UHGV virus genome: UHGV-0197780 | Direction: 5' to 3' (one strand) | Length of the DNA stretch: 52,279 nucleotides | Origin: a virus | Shown here: positions 27,962 through 38,291 of the stretch, piece after piece | How positions within the stretch are numbered: the stretch's first letter is position 1 | Layout: every line of letters starts with the position of its first letter | Notes under the pieces: generated by a model | Database searches by the model: none | Seen by the model: only the letters and a program-made list of their open reading frames with translations | What the model was told of the DNA's origin: nothing | Translations under genes and position numbers: made by a program

Positions 27962-28296
27962 GGTTTAAATGCCTGAATAAATGTGGCTGACAGTGAGTAA
28001 TTTCCGCCGCCCAGCGGCACCGGTTTGTATTGTTCGCAGCGGTAAAGCCCCACCTCTTCCAGAGGCGGGGTCCACTGAAACGCGCGGGTGCCGGCATGAC
28101 GGTCGAGGAACTGCTTAATCGGACGGATATAGTCCTCCGTACCGACAAAACTCAGCTCCCAGTCCTGTGATCGGGTGTTAATACCATCGCCGGATACCTG
28201 CGCATACCCGTCACCGAATTGCGCCTTCCGGACACGAAAGTTAACGGTCTGCTGGGGATTAACCCGCGGACTCCAGGTGAATATCTCAATAGCCAT
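27958..28296 (-). CDS. minor tail protein M (lambda gpM-like)
   Basis: Size, position and sequence all fit gpM. The listed ORF starts on a TTG one codon upstream of the ATG. Confidence 0.75.
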   Translation of the reverse strand: MAIEIFTWSPRVNPQQTVNFRVRKAQFGDGYAQVSGDGINTRSQDWELSFVGTEDYIRPIKQFLDRHAGTRAFQWTPPLEEVGLYRCEQYKPVPLGGGNYSLSATFIQAFKP

Positions 28297-31200
28297 CAAC
28301 GTTGCCCTTTAACTGCATTCCAGACCATCCCGCCAGGGCGCATATCCTGCGCCATCAGCTCCCTGTATTTTTTCTCCACAAACGAGCCAATCTGCTGGCC
28401 AAACTGCTCAAAACCAGACGGTGCCTGCGTAGATGTGTTTCCGCCTTCAATCGTGATATAGACTTTTGGCCCTTCCGACGCGCCGGCGTTCTGTCCACTA
28501 CCCACCGCGCGTACCCCCAGTGAACCATCGCCGGCACGCGTCAGCGGCATGATGGCCTCCGGCCCGGCCTCGCCAAATACGCCGGCCCCTTTTGCGAAAG
28601 CGAAGAACTGCGGAGAGTCGTAGACCTGGTTGCTGTAGGCACTTAATGAAGGAGAGTCGAAGACACCGCCTTTGGCATAACCCGGTATTTGAAAGTTAAA
28701 GTTATTACCCGCATTCTGAATCGCAGTTCCTGCGCCGACATCAGCCGCTCCAGAAACACCACCTGCAATACTCACTCCAGCTCCCACCACACCCATGATG
28801 GTTTGCATGATGGTGCTGGTAACGAGAGCCTGAGCGGCCATATCAACGAGATTTTTTATGATTGACTGTGTGAGCGAGGAAAACAGGTCAGCCATGTTCT
28901 CCTTAAAGCTTCTCGTCCGCGTCAGCATGCTCGTCAGGAAGTTGCTAGAGCGCTCATGGGCCGTTTCAAATAACCCGACGGCCAAGCTCTGGAATTCGCC
29001 CTGCGATCGATATAACTCCAGCGACGTCTGATATTGCGAATCTGCAGAATCCTTCGTCGCCTTCTTCATCAGCATTTCGTACTGTTCTTTGCTGATCGCG
29101 CTGCTCTGATAGTACGACAGCAGCAAAGCCTGCCGCTGCGTTAACTGATTGCGGAGTGCTACCAGTGGATCAACCTCACCGGCGATATCCAGTTTAGGCG
29201 CCGCGATTTCGTCAGCCTTTGCCTGCAGCAGCTCTTTCGCGGTATCTCTGGCCAGCGTTATTCGTGCGGCCTGGTACTCTTTTTCATCAAGAAGGCGGGC
29301 TTTGAAAAGCTCAGCCAGGTCCCGGCTGGCTTCCTGCTCTTTTCGCAGAGTTTCCTGGGCGGGGGAATACTGCGCGGCCAGATCCAGTCGCTGTTTCTGG
29401 TAGTTCTCTGCATTCATTAACAGCGCGCGCTGCAGGTCAGCATCACTGGCGCCATTTTTCTTCGCCGCTTCCTGCAGCTCCCTGTTGCTGTCCTTTTCCT
29501 GCAGGTTAATTCTGGCCAGGCTGGATGCATGGGCTTCTTCAATTTGCTGCCGCAGCGTTTTGAACTGGTCGACCTGGGACTTACTGCCTTTCCCCGTGCC
29601 GGTACCGCCATCGCCGCCCCAGGGATTTCCATCTCCGGTCTCTTTGGGGGGCGTGCTTAACGCCCCTTTCAGATCGTCCGTAAGGGAGGTTATTTTTCCC
29701 GATAAACCCAGCTGAGCCAGTGTTTTTGCATCACTGACACGCTTAATGTTTTCCTCGGTTTTGCGGAGTCCCTCGTTAACGCTATCGAGATCCGCCCGCG
29801 CCCGCGTCTGGTCTTTTGTCACCCCTTCCAGCTGGCCGAAGGGGTCAAACCCTTTCAGGCTGTCGATACGACTGTCGGCATCCTGAATCTCTTTTATCAG
29901 CTGGTTACGCTGCACGACCTGGTTTTCGTACTTATCCTCCAGGTCGAACTGCTTCACATTTAACTGGTTAAGCGAGAGGCGCATCAGCGCTTCACTGGTT
30001 TCCACTACGGCATCTTTTAAATCAATGGCCGATTGCCGGGCTTCTTTTGCCTGTTGATGGAAATACAGTAATGCAGAGCCAGCCAGCGTCGCCGCGCCAA
30101 CCGGACCACCAACAAAAGCCAGGGCGCCTCTTGCCAGGCCCACCGCAACGGAGGCCGCACGGGCTGATATCGACAATTGCCGGTTTGCCGCTGCCAGTTT
30201 CAGTTTCGCCTGGCTGGCCAGATTGGTTTGCTCAGTTTCCTGCCGGATGAGGCGGGTAAACTCATCCTGGTAACTGATATTCATCCCGTACTGTTTAGCC
30301 GTCCGCTCCATCTGCCGGTAGTGGCCAAACTCAGCGTCGTTCTGTTTCAGGATGGCCGCTGTCGAATCCAGCGTTTTGCGGGCAATATCCGCATCAGCCT
30401 GCGCCCGCGCTTTTACCGCCGCCTGGCTTTCCCGCCAGGCCGCGATATTCTCCCGCAGCCCTGCAGTCAGTTTCGTGGATAACACGGGGATCAGGCTGTA
30501 AAGCGCCACGCTGGAGACGGTGTTGAAATTGTCTGCCAGGCTGTTCAGTGCCTCCGTGGCAACCTGAATCCCGCTGCGGAGTGGCCCGTTACTGCTCTGG
30601 CCGATCTTAATGACCATCCCTTCAAACGCACTGCTCAGCCCCAGCAAATCGCCGTTCAGGTTGTTAACCCTGATGGATGCCTGCTCATGCGCCGTTTTGG
30701 TACCGGTCAGGGAAGCGGTCAGTTCATCAAGCTTTGAACGGTTCTGGACCAGGATAGACGCCGCATTCAGGTTCTCCACGCCAAACAGTTTTACGGCCTG
30801 GGCCGTGGAGAGATTTTTCCCGGAAAGATTGGTCAGCGCCTGGCTGAGACCAACCACGGACGGCTTGAGGCTCTTGTCCGTGCCCTTTTCCAGATTCAGG
30901 ATGACGTTACGCAGCGCCGTGCCGGCTTCACCGCCTTTAATTTCACGCTCTGCCAGCACCTGAATCGCGGCATTCAGCTGCTCAAAACCAACGCCGGCCT
31001 GTGCGGCTGCAACGCCACCATTTTTAATGGCGGCCGCTGTATCCACAATCTCCGACGACCCGTACTTCGCGCCGGCGGCCAGCACGTTGATATAACGATC
31101 CGCTTCCTGCGCGCTCGCCCCGTACTGGTTTAAGGAGAGCGCCAGCGTTCTGGTCGCATCGGGCAGCGTTGTGCCGGCGGCCTGCGCCAGGATAAGCGCG

Positions 31201-31649
31201 CTGTTCGTAGCCTTCTGCAGTCCATCGGACGTTTTTAAAAGCTCCGGTTTAGCCGACGCCATCAGCTTTAACGCTTCGGCGGCCTGGCTGGCGCTGTACT
31301 CTGTCGTGCGCCCCATTTCCTGCGCAGCCAGATCCAGCGCTTTCATTTCAGCTGCAGTCGCACCGGTGATGGCCTGCAGATCTGATAACGCCTGTCCATA
31401 TTGTCTGGACGTGGTGACGATCGTACCGATGGAAAGGCCGGCTCCTGCCAGCCCCGCCAGCCGGCTGGCCATCCCGGATATCGACAGACCGACCTTCTTA
31501 TAGGCGTCTTCCGTCTTTTTCGCGTCCTCCTGGGCATTACGGTTAAACCGTCGTGACTGGTTCTCCGCATCGCCATACGCTCCCAGCAGCTGGGATTTAA
31601 AACTGGCTGCGTTCAGGTGCAGCCCGACCGCTAAAGATGCGACGTCTGC
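28296..31649 (-). CDS. tail tape measure protein
   Basis: A ~1120-aa helical Ala/Gln-rich protein between G-T and M. Its probable start is ATG 31649 (MADVASLAVG), overlapping the G-T stop (taATGg). The listed ORF starts at 31682. Confidence 0.8.
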   Translation of the reverse strand, partial: ADVASLAVGLHLNAASFKSQLLGAYGDAENQSRRFNRNAQEDAKKTEDAYKKVGLSISGMASRLAGLAGAGLSIGTIVTTSRQYGQALSDLQAITGATAAEMKALDLAAQEMGRTTEYSASQAAEALKLMASAKPELLKTSDGLQKATNSALILAQAAGTTLPDATRTLALSLNQYGASAQEADRYINVLAAGAKYGSSEIVDTAAAIKNGGVAAAQAGVGFEQLNAAIQVLAEREIKGGEAGTALRNVILNLEKGTDKSLKPSVVGLSQALTNLSGKNLSTAQAVKLFGVENLNAASILVQNRSKLDELTASLTGTKTAHEQASIRVNNLNGDLLGLSSAFEGMVIKIGQSSNGPLRSGIQVATEALNSLADNFNTVSSVALYSLIPVLSTKLTAGLRENIAAWRESQAAVKARAQADADIARKTLDSTAAILKQNDAEFGHYRQMERTAKQYGMNISYQDEFTRLIRQETEQTNLASQAKLKLAAANRQLSISARAASVAVGLARGALAFVGGPVGAATLAGSALLYFHQQAKEARQSAIDLKDAVVETSEALMRLSLNQLNVKQFDLEDKYENQVVQRNQLIKEIQDADSRIDSLKGFDPFGQLEGVTKDQTRARADLDSVNEGLRKTEENIKRVSDAKTLAQLGLSGKITSLTDDLKGALSTPPKETGDGNPWGGDGGTGTGKGSKSQVDQFKTLRQQIEEAHASSLARINLQEKDSNRELQEAAKKNGASDADLQRALLMNAENYQKQRLDLAAQYSPAQETLRKEQEASRDLAELFKARLLDEKEYQAARITLARDTAKELLQAKADEIAAPKLDIAGEVDPLVALRNQLTQRQALLLSYYQSSAISKEQYEMLMKKATKDSADSQYQTSLELYRSQGEFQSLAVGLFETAHERSSNFLTSMLTRTRSFKENMADLFSSLTQSIIKNLVDMAAQALVTSTIMQTIMGVVGAGVSIAGGVSGAADVGAGTAIQNAGNNFNFQIPGYAKGGVFDSPSLSAYSNQVYDSPQFFAFAKGAGVFGEAGPEAIMPLTRAGDGSLGVRAVGSGQNAGASEGPKVYITIEGGNTSTQAPSGFEQFGQQIGSFVEKKYRELMAQDMRPGGMVWNAVKGQR

Positions 31650-31885
31650 CATTACATTAATGCCCTCATGACTGCCGCGCATTCATCATCGACCCGGGAT
31701 GGCGCAGGTGTGGTTTCGGTAGGTGGCGCGTTTTCATCGCCAGGACGGCGGAAAGTGCCCTGTTTCAGGAAGTAGGCTCGCCAGTGGTACAGAGTGTTTG
31801 CCGGCAATGCGGCAATTTTGGATGGGTCAGGCTCGCCCCAGCGGTCGGCCAGCCAGAAGATCAGCTCCAGCCAGGGCGAGTCACT

Positions 31886-32250
31886 CAGTTTTTTTCCGCT
31901 TCCTCCAGCTTGCCGATTGCGTGTTGCTTCACTTTTTCCACAGCGGCCAGCAGTTCGGGGTTTTCATGGGCCTTCAGCAGCTCGGCTGCCGTGGGTTTAA
32001 ATTCATCCGGAATGGCCGTTCCATCCGGCTGAACCAGTGCATCGATGACGATCTGAATGACTTGCTCCGATGCCTCGCGCGCTGCGCCAGCTTTTGCGGT
32101 TTCAGCCATTTTCTCTTCGTAGCTGATGAGGTAATCCCCGGTCAGGCGGCGGATGAATACGGTGGCGCCAAATAACTCGGTTTTAATGACGGTTGGCTCC
32201 GATTTAAGCAACGCGGATTTCAGCGTGGACAGGTAATCTTTATCTTTCAC
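31886..32250 (-). CDS. tail assembly chaperone G. A -1 frameshift at A AAA AAC yields the G-T fusion ending at 31650.
   Basis: The GTG start has an AAGGA SD. The slippery heptamer AAAAAAC lies at 31889-31895 just before the G stop. The -1 frame is open from there for ~78 codons (KKLSDSPWLELIFWLADRWGEPD…), ending in a taa inside the tape-measure start region. Confidence 0.6.
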
Positions 32251-32260
32251 AGGTAGTCCT

Positions 32261-32288
32261 TAAAAATAAAAAGCCACCCGAAGGTGGC
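32261..32288 (-). terminator. intrinsic terminator after the major tail protein gene
   Basis: On the minus strand GCCACCTTCGGGTGGC is followed by TTTTTATTTTT. Confidence 0.5.
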
Positions 32289-32307
32289 TGTTTACAGGTT
32301 AAGTTAA

Positions 32308-32769
32308 TCAGGCGCCGCCGGAGACAGCGACAGTTCCCCAGGTGATCTTGTTCTGTTTACCCTGAACAGTGATCTGGATGACCTCATTCGCCGGAGCGGC
32401 GATTTCATTCATCTGCCACCCGGACAGCGCCAGGAGCATCGTCGCGGTTCGCTTGTTGGGTAATTCGACGTATAACTGGATGGTCTTGCGGGCCTCTGCT
32501 GCGTTCAGCAGCGCGGCAAAATCGGTATTGCCCGGATCATCAATGAAGCCCAGCGACTTTTCAGGCCCGTCAGGCAGATCGCTGATGGACTGTTTCTGCT
32601 TATCCAGTAACGTGGTGCAGTCGACAAAGCCCCCCGTCTGCCCCATTGCACCCAGCGCTTTACAGTTAATCAGCGGTTTCAGCGCTGACGTGGCAGCGCC
32701 AGGATCCCCGTATTTCACAATGGTGCCCGCCGGCAACATCGCATATTCAGGCGAAGTTTTATCAGCCAT
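32308..32769 (-). CDS. major tail (tube) protein
   Basis: The call rests on position, upstream of G, plus a strong downstream terminator. The probable ATG at 32769 gives MADKTSPEY…; the listed ORF begins at a TTG. Confidence 0.5.
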   Translation of the reverse strand: MADKTSPEYAMLPAGTIVKYGDPGAATSALKPLINCKALGAMGQTGGFVDCTTLLDKQKQSISDLPDGPEKSLGFIDDPGNTDFAALLNAAEARKTIQLYVELPNKRTATMLLALSGWQMNEIAAPANEVIQITVQGKQNKITWGTVAVSGGA

Positions 32770-32800
32770 GTTTCTCTCTCTTTTTATACGGCAGCGGATG

Positions 32801-33202
32801 CTACCTGTTTTCAATGCCGTTTCGGATTTCCACGGTTAACACGCGCAAAACGGTCTGGAGGTTGTAATCCAGGGCGGGTCGGATAAAGGGGTCTGCAACC
32901 TGTTTAACCGTGCCAAACTCCTGCGCCAGCGCCTTCATATGGTGCTGCTTGCTGGGGCCGACACGGAGCGTTACAACCGCGTTCCCTTTACCCTTGCGGG
33001 TGGAAGAGCGGATTTTGATTGAGTCCCGCATGTGCGGCCCGGCAGACGTTTCGTCAAAGCCGGCATGCTGCTTCATATCTTCCTCGACGACCTTTAGCGC
33101 TTCGCGCCCGGCATCCCGCAATACCTTCGTCGCCACTTTTTCGCCCAGGGCCATTAACTGCCGCTCCAGCTCATCCAGCCCTTTAACTTCCATTCGGATC
33201 AC
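32801..33202 (-). CDS. HK97 gp10-family tail component
   Basis: The N-terminus MEVKGLDELERQL is typical of the HK97 gp10 family. Confidence 0.55.
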   Translation of the reverse strand: MIRMEVKGLDELERQLMALGEKVATKVLRDAGREALKVVEEDMKQHAGFDETSAGPHMRDSIKIRSSTRKGKGNAVVTLRVGPSKQHHMKALAQEFGTVKQVADPFIRPALDYNLQTVLRVLTVEIRNGIENR

Positions 33203-33588
33203 GAGGAGTCCTCCACGTAGTGAATGATGAAATCGCGGGTCAGGCGATACTGAATGCGACGATTCGTCAGCTGGTTTTTATCCTGATGGATACCGCCTCG
33301 CTCCACATACTGAACCGGGATACCCTCCAGCTGGCCATGAACGACGGACTTCAGTTCCGTCCAGATTTTTTTATCCAGCTGCAGCAGTGAGGTGTAATCA
33401 TCGAGACGGTACAGATTCACCTGGATACGGGCAGAGACGATCCCCGTTCGCAACATTCCCGAGACCATTTCCGGGTCAGAGATACGCTGAAAGGTCGCTC
33501 CTTCCTGGACTGTGTCCGGCAGTAAAAGCGGATACGCATTCATGCCGGTGATGCGCTCCAGCGCACCCTTAATCGCCAGCTCTATCAT
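33199..33588 (-). CDS. head-tail joining protein (gp9-like)
   Basis: Called by position in the connector module. The ATG is at 33588; the listed ORF is extended by an upstream out-of-context frame. Confidence 0.4.
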   Translation of the reverse strand: MIELAIKGALERITGMNAYPLLLPDTVQEGATFQRISDPEMVSGMLRTGIVSARIQVNLYRLDDYTSLLQLDKKIWTELKSVVHGQLEGIPVQYVERGGIHQDKNQLTNRRIQYRLTRDFIIHYVEDSS

Positions 33589-33907
33589 GCCGCCCGTCAG
33601 CCTCCCCCGTGATAATGATCCGGTCCGTTTTACGGTCGATATTCCGGACGGTATAAACCAGATTTTTCGTCGTGATTTTCCAGTCAATATCAACCAGCAC
33701 GCCCGGATAGACCGTAAACAGGCAGGTTTCCACCACCTGCTGCTGATCCAGCGTGCGGACTTTCCGCCCCGATACCAGCTCCCGTTTTGCCCACGCTTTT
33801 CCCGATTCAACCTGCTTTTCCGGTAGCGGTTCGCCCAGCGGCCCCCGACCGGACTGAACGTAGCTAATCGCAATGCGACAGTTCATATCACCCGGTTTCA
33901 GGCTCAT
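33569..33907 (-). CDS. head-tail adaptor / head closure protein (Phage_H_T_join-like)
   Basis: LKPGDMNCRIAI matches the conserved PGDL..RI.I N-terminal motif. The ATG is at 33907. Confidence 0.5.
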   Translation of the reverse strand: MSLKPGDMNCRIAISYVQSGRGPLGEPLPEKQVESGKAWAKRELVSGRKVRTLDQQQVVETCLFTVYPGVLVDIDWKITTKNLVYTVRNIDRKTDRIIITGEADGRHDRAGD

Positions 33908-34221
33908 AGCGTATGCTCCTGCAGGGGGAAAAGAAGATGCCTCACCGCAGCGGTTTCCAGCCACTGTCCGGTATGGCCATTCAGATACGCATCGCTGACC
34001 AGAAACTGAATGGCCAGCCGGATATCTTCATCCGCGATAAATCCGCGGACGGTCTCCGGGAGTGCCTGCAGCTCTTCATCACTGGTGACCAGCTTGCAGT
34101 AATAATCACGCTCGATGCTCCGCTGCGCGGCATTCACCATTTGCGTGAGCATGGCGTCATGCTCCGTGAAGTCCAGTTCCAGGCGTAGCTGGGTTTTCAC
34201 ATCATCCAATGTCAGTATCAA
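33904..34221 (-). CDS. gp6-like head-tail connector
   Basis: The N-terminus LTLDDVKTQLRLELDFTEHDAML is typical of gp6-like connectors. The apparent start is TTG with a GGGAGA SD. Confidence 0.5.
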   Translation of the reverse strand: MILTLDDVKTQLRLELDFTEHDAMLTQMVNAAQRSIERDYYCKLVTSDEELQALPETVRGFIADEDIRLAIQFLVSDAYLNGHTGQWLETAAVRHLLFPLQEHTL

Positions 34222-34474
34222 AATCGCTGTCTCCCGGTTTCGGTTTCAGCGCGCGTTCGGCATCCTTTGGCCATACCGCGATACGGCGCTTAACCAGCTC
34301 TTCCGCATGCTGGCGTTCAAAACACGCAACATCACCACGGGAATAACGATGATGCGGTCCAAGAAACACCACTGCTTCGCGTTCTGGGCTACTTACCGCC
34401 TGTGCGACCACGGTCGCATGGCTATCCTCTGCAACCGTTTCTTCCGGTTCCACGGACTTATTTTTCACAGCCAT
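34202..34474 (-). CDS. hypothetical head-associated protein
   Basis: An AAGGAG SD lies 7 nt before the ATG at 34474. It sits between the capsid and connector genes. Confidence 0.35.
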   Translation of the reverse strand: MAVKNKSVEPEETVAEDSHATVVAQAVSSPEREAVVFLGPHHRYSRGDVACFERQHAEELVKRRIAVWPKDAERALKPKPGDSDFDTDIG

Positions 34475-34532
34475 AACATTCTCCTTAAATGGAAAGGCCC
34501 GCATATGCGAGCCTTATTAACAGGGGGAAGGG

Positions 34533-35819
34533 TTAGAACAGAACGCCAGTACCCAGCACCAGACCTTCCGGGTGACGGAAACCAATATCGTGTTCAGTAA
34601 CCACGCGGATAAGAGACTGATTACGGGAGAACGCCGATACCAGGTTGCCATCGGCGTCGATATAAGAGGCCTCTTTCGAGAAATCGACCTTCATATTGCC
34701 GTCTTCACCAATAACCACGTCATTGAAGTCGGCAAAGTAGATCTCGGACTCCTTACCGCCGGTACCCAGATTGGCAGGAATAGCGCTGGTACGCTGAATC
34801 GGGTAGCCTTTGAGTAATCCCTGAGCAATTTCCGGGTAAACTTTGTTCCCGTTGCCGTCACGCAGTCCGAACAACTTCATGTAGGTACGGTTAGACATGC
34901 CCCAGCCACTGTTGATCATGTTGCTGTTACCGTCCATCGCCTTCAAAATGATGTTGTCCAGATACTCGTCAATCGTGTTCATGTTGATTGCTGCATCAGC
35001 TTCCCACGGCAGCAGACGGTTCCACTGAGTTGCGCGCGCTTTCATACCAATCGGCGTATCGCCGGTACCATCATCACGCATAAAAGCTTTATCTTCACGA
35101 ACGGAGATAGCTGTCAGAATATCCTGCAGGACCAGCTGCTCTACGTTAAATCCGGCACGCCCGATCAGCGCATTGGAAATCGGCACCATCGCAATCAGGG
35201 TTTTCGCTGTCAATTTTACGTCATCGAAGCGTGTTTCTGATGTTTTAGCGTCTTTGTTTTCACCGGTATAGCCAGCCGTTGCACCACCGGCTACGCGTGG
35301 CAGCGCTATATTACCATTCGGCAGCGGAATGGAACGGGCACCCAGCTTACGGACGATGGTGCGGTCACTCAGCAGCTCGATCACTTCACTGTGCAGGTTC
35401 TGCGGAATAAGTACGCCACCGGATGCCGCCGCCGTGGAGATGGCCATCGATACCGACTGATCATTCAGTTCCTCTGCAGCGAACTTTGCCGCGTCCTGCA
35501 GATTACCTGCGCCTGCGGCGACAGACATAACCAGTCGGGTCATGCCAGCACCGGTGTACTGTTTCGGCTCCTGCTTAACAATAATTCCGGGGGCCTGCTG
35601 AGTCGCTTTCACGGGCTTTGCGACCAGCGCCGCAGCACGTTCGGCGGCTTCCAGGCGTTCAATTTTGGCGCTGATATCAGTGAACTGCTGCTGCAAGCTC
35701 GCAAATTCGGTCAACTGCTCTGCTGCCAGCGTCCCGCCGCTCGCTTCAATGGTTGCCAGGGCCTGAACCTGTTCGTTGATACCCGCACGCTGACGACGCA
35801 ATTCTTCAATCTGTGGCAT
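34533..35819 (-). CDS. major capsid protein, HK97 fold/family
   Basis: The N-terminal delta domain is a coiled coil followed by the HK97-type capsid body. It lies downstream of the prohead protease. Confidence 0.8.
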   Translation of the reverse strand: MPQIEELRRQRAGINEQVQALATIEASGGTLAAEQLTEFASLQQQFTDISAKIERLEAAERAAALVAKPVKATQQAPGIIVKQEPKQYTGAGMTRLVMSVAAGAGNLQDAAKFAAEELNDQSVSMAISTAAASGGVLIPQNLHSEVIELLSDRTIVRKLGARSIPLPNGNIALPRVAGGATAGYTGENKDAKTSETRFDDVKLTAKTLIAMVPISNALIGRAGFNVEQLVLQDILTAISVREDKAFMRDDGTGDTPIGMKARATQWNRLLPWEADAAINMNTIDEYLDNIILKAMDGNSNMINSGWGMSNRTYMKLFGLRDGNGNKVYPEIAQGLLKGYPIQRTSAIPANLGTGGKESEIYFADFNDVVIGEDGNMKVDFSKEASYIDADGNLVSAFSRNQSLIRVVTEHDIGFRHPEGLVLGTGVLF

Positions 35820-35840
35820 TTGATTTCTCTCTTTTTAGAC

Positions 35841-35866
35841 ATAAAAAAAGCAGCCTGCTGGCTGCT
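35841..35866 (-). terminator. terminator-like hairpin between protease and capsid genes
   Basis: On the minus strand GCAGCCAGCAGGCTGC is followed by TTTTTTT. Confidence 0.4.
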
Positions 35867-35896
35867 TAAGGTGACGCGGTTTGTGTTTGCGCCGGG

Positions 35897-36817
35897 TTAC
35901 ATTTTGGTTTGCAGGTCCATCGCGGCTGCCTGCATCTGAATGGAGGTTTTTTGACGGGGTTGCTGATACTTTGTCGCGATAGCATTGATCGCCGCCTGGG
36001 GGTCAGAGACTTCATCCGCCAGGCCGGCAGACACCGCGCCAGGGCCAAAATACAGCCCCGCCTGCGTATCAATGACGGCCTGCTGATTCAGGCCGCGATA
36101 TTCGGCCACCGACCCCGTAAACGTCTCGTACATTTCGTCGATCATGCCCTGGAACATACCCAGCGACTCTTCACTCAGTGGTTCATGTTGGGTGCCGTTA
36201 TTTTTGTTATCTCCCCGGTAAATGGTGGTGAACGTCAGCCCCATTTTTTCTTCCATCTTCGACGTATCGAGGTGCTCCATGATCACACCAATCGACCCCA
36301 CGCCACTGGTCTGGCTGACGATGATTTTGCTGCAGGCCGATGCGATGAAATACGCGGCGGAATACGCGCTGTAGTTCACAATCGCCGTGATGGGTTTCGT
36401 GTCACGAGACTGATAAATGTAATCGGCCAGCTCCTTGCACCCCACCGCTGCGCCGCCGCCGGAGTTAATATCCAGAACGATTTCGCTGATTGAGGGGTCG
36501 TTTAACGCCGCCTGCAACTGCCCGCGGATCCGCTCGTAGCTGGTCAGCTCGGAGCACATCGCCGTAATCTGCCCCCGGCGTGGAACGAGAATGCCATGAA
36601 CGGGGATCACCGCCACCCCGCCGGTGGGCTGGACCTGCTCAGCTGCAGGTGATTTACCCGGATTCAGCGCCATCTGAATGACGGCATCTTCGGTGATCCC
36701 CTGAATACGGGGGATGAGCACCGCTTTCACGGAGTCCATTGTTTGCCGCGTCACGTAATGCGGCACACCAAAGACCATATCTGCCAGGTGCGGCAGGTTA
36801 ATTAATTTCGTTGTCAT
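35897..36817 (-). CDS. prohead protease, S49 (SppA/ClpP-like) family
   Basis: Motifs DINSGGG…, SAAYFIASA… and GSIGV are characteristic of S49 peptidases. Confidence 0.75.
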   Translation of the reverse strand: MTTKLINLPHLADMVFGVPHYVTRQTMDSVKAVLIPRIQGITEDAVIQMALNPGKSPAAEQVQPTGGVAVIPVHGILVPRRGQITAMCSELTSYERIRGQLQAALNDPSISEIVLDINSGGGAAVGCKELADYIYQSRDTKPITAIVNYSAYSAAYFIASACSKIIVSQTSGVGSIGVIMEHLDTSKMEEKMGLTFTTIYRGDNKNNGTQHEPLSEESLGMFQGMIDEMYETFTGSVAEYRGLNQQAVIDTQAGLYFGPGAVSAGLADEVSDPQAAINAIATKYQQPRQKTSIQMQAAAMDLQTKM

Positions 36818-36853
36818 GTTGTCTTCCAGGTCATCCCGCGTGGCGGGAAATAA

Positions 36854-38113
36854 TCAGGCTCTGGCCAGAAGGGTTTCGATTTCGGCCAGCTGTTTTGCTG
36901 TCGGCGATTTATCGCCAGGAAGGATCTTCGCGCTGTCGACCATATTGAGCGGCGTCAGGTATTTATCCCCGCCGGCAATTGGCGGCAGATTCTCCATACG
37001 CCGGATATCGTTAGTGGATAGCCATCCCCACTGGCGGCCCAGCGCATAAGATTCATAGCGTGATTTCTGATCGCCTCGCAGCAGCCCGGAAACATTGAAC
37101 TCGATGTACAAATCGCGGCGTTCGCTGGGCAGAAGCAGATCGCGCTGCAGCGCACCCTCATGGCGTTTCAGCCAGGCCAGTAGCGTATACATCACGAACT
37201 GCAGGCCCTGGTGCTCGATGTTGTTGTTGGTTGCTTTCGCCAGCATCTGCACCATATGTGGCGGGATTTTATAGAGCCGGCAGACCTCTTCCACGCCCCA
37301 CTGCCGCGACTGTAGCAGCTGCGCCTTTTCGTTATCCTGCGACAGTTGTTTGTAGCTCATGCCCTCCTGCAGCAATGCCACAGAGAACATATTGTGAATA
37401 CCGGAATGGCGCTCGGTCCATTTCGCCAGCAGGCGATCAATAGCATCCTGGCTTTTAATGGTCGCGGCCTCTTTCGGACGCTCTATCACCCCGCTCATCG
37501 TTGTCCCGCGCCGGAATGTCGCGGCCGCATGCTCCTCAACCGCCAGATTTAGCCCCAGAACATCGGCGTTCGTCTGAATGGGGGAACTGCCGATATAGCC
37601 ATCCAGAGAAAAGACCTTCACATGGTGCATCATGCGCATCGGCAGAATTTCGCCGACTTCCGGGAGTTGGTAATACGGCATACCGTCCGGCCCTTTCAGC
37701 ACAATGACCTTTTTCGGGTTAATGGGGATCAGCTCTTTCGGGTAGCCTTTTCCGTCCCGTTCGATGATCGAGTAGCAATTTCCCTCCAGCCCCAGCAACC
37801 CCTGCTGCTGCTCAAAATACTCGAATGAGGTGTCTTTCCTGTTGGGCTGGGAGTGAATCAGGTCATAAACCGGGTGATCCGTCGCACGCTGGCGCCCGCC
37901 TTTTTTATCCCGTCGGTAAAGTTCGCACGGCAGCTGCGCGACGGACTCAGCCAGGAGGGTGACACAGGCCCGGACCGCTGAAAGTCCCAGAGCGGTTTCC
38001 GGCGTGATTATGATGCCAGTTTTGCTCTGGCTTGAACGAACCCCGCCCAGCATGGCTTCCCAGAAGCTATTACCCGAGTATTGTCGGCCCCTGAACATCT
38101 GGGGTAGGAACAT
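36854..38113 (-). CDS. portal protein (HK97 family)
   Basis: Size and position between terL and the protease fit a portal. The sequence is portal-like. Confidence 0.8.
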   Translation of the reverse strand: MFLPQMFRGRQYSGNSFWEAMLGGVRSSQSKTGIIITPETALGLSAVRACVTLLAESVAQLPCELYRRDKKGGRQRATDHPVYDLIHSQPNRKDTSFEYFEQQQGLLGLEGNCYSIIERDGKGYPKELIPINPKKVIVLKGPDGMPYYQLPEVGEILPMRMMHHVKVFSLDGYIGSSPIQTNADVLGLNLAVEEHAAATFRRGTTMSGVIERPKEAATIKSQDAIDRLLAKWTERHSGIHNMFSVALLQEGMSYKQLSQDNEKAQLLQSRQWGVEEVCRLYKIPPHMVQMLAKATNNNIEHQGLQFVMYTLLAWLKRHEGALQRDLLLPSERRDLYIEFNVSGLLRGDQKSRYESYALGRQWGWLSTNDIRRMENLPPIAGGDKYLTPLNMVDSAKILPGDKSPTAKQLAEIETLLARA

Positions 38114-38114
38114 T

Positions 38115-38291
38115 ATTTACCTCCGCCATTGCTGACGCCGGAGGAAAAGGCCCGGGTTGTCATATATGACCAGCCCAGACAAATAATCCCTCCTGTTATC
38201 AATCCCACTGATGGAGAAATAAGCCAGGCACCTGCGGATAACAATCCAGCACCAGTGAGGCCGACAATAAAACTCAGAACTGAAATTAGCA
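38115..38291 (-). CDS. small 2-TM membrane protein (59 aa) between terL and portal
   Basis: Translates as MLISVLSFIVGLTGAGLLSAGAWLISPSVGLITGGIICLGW…. It is below the ORF-track length threshold. Confidence 0.3.
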
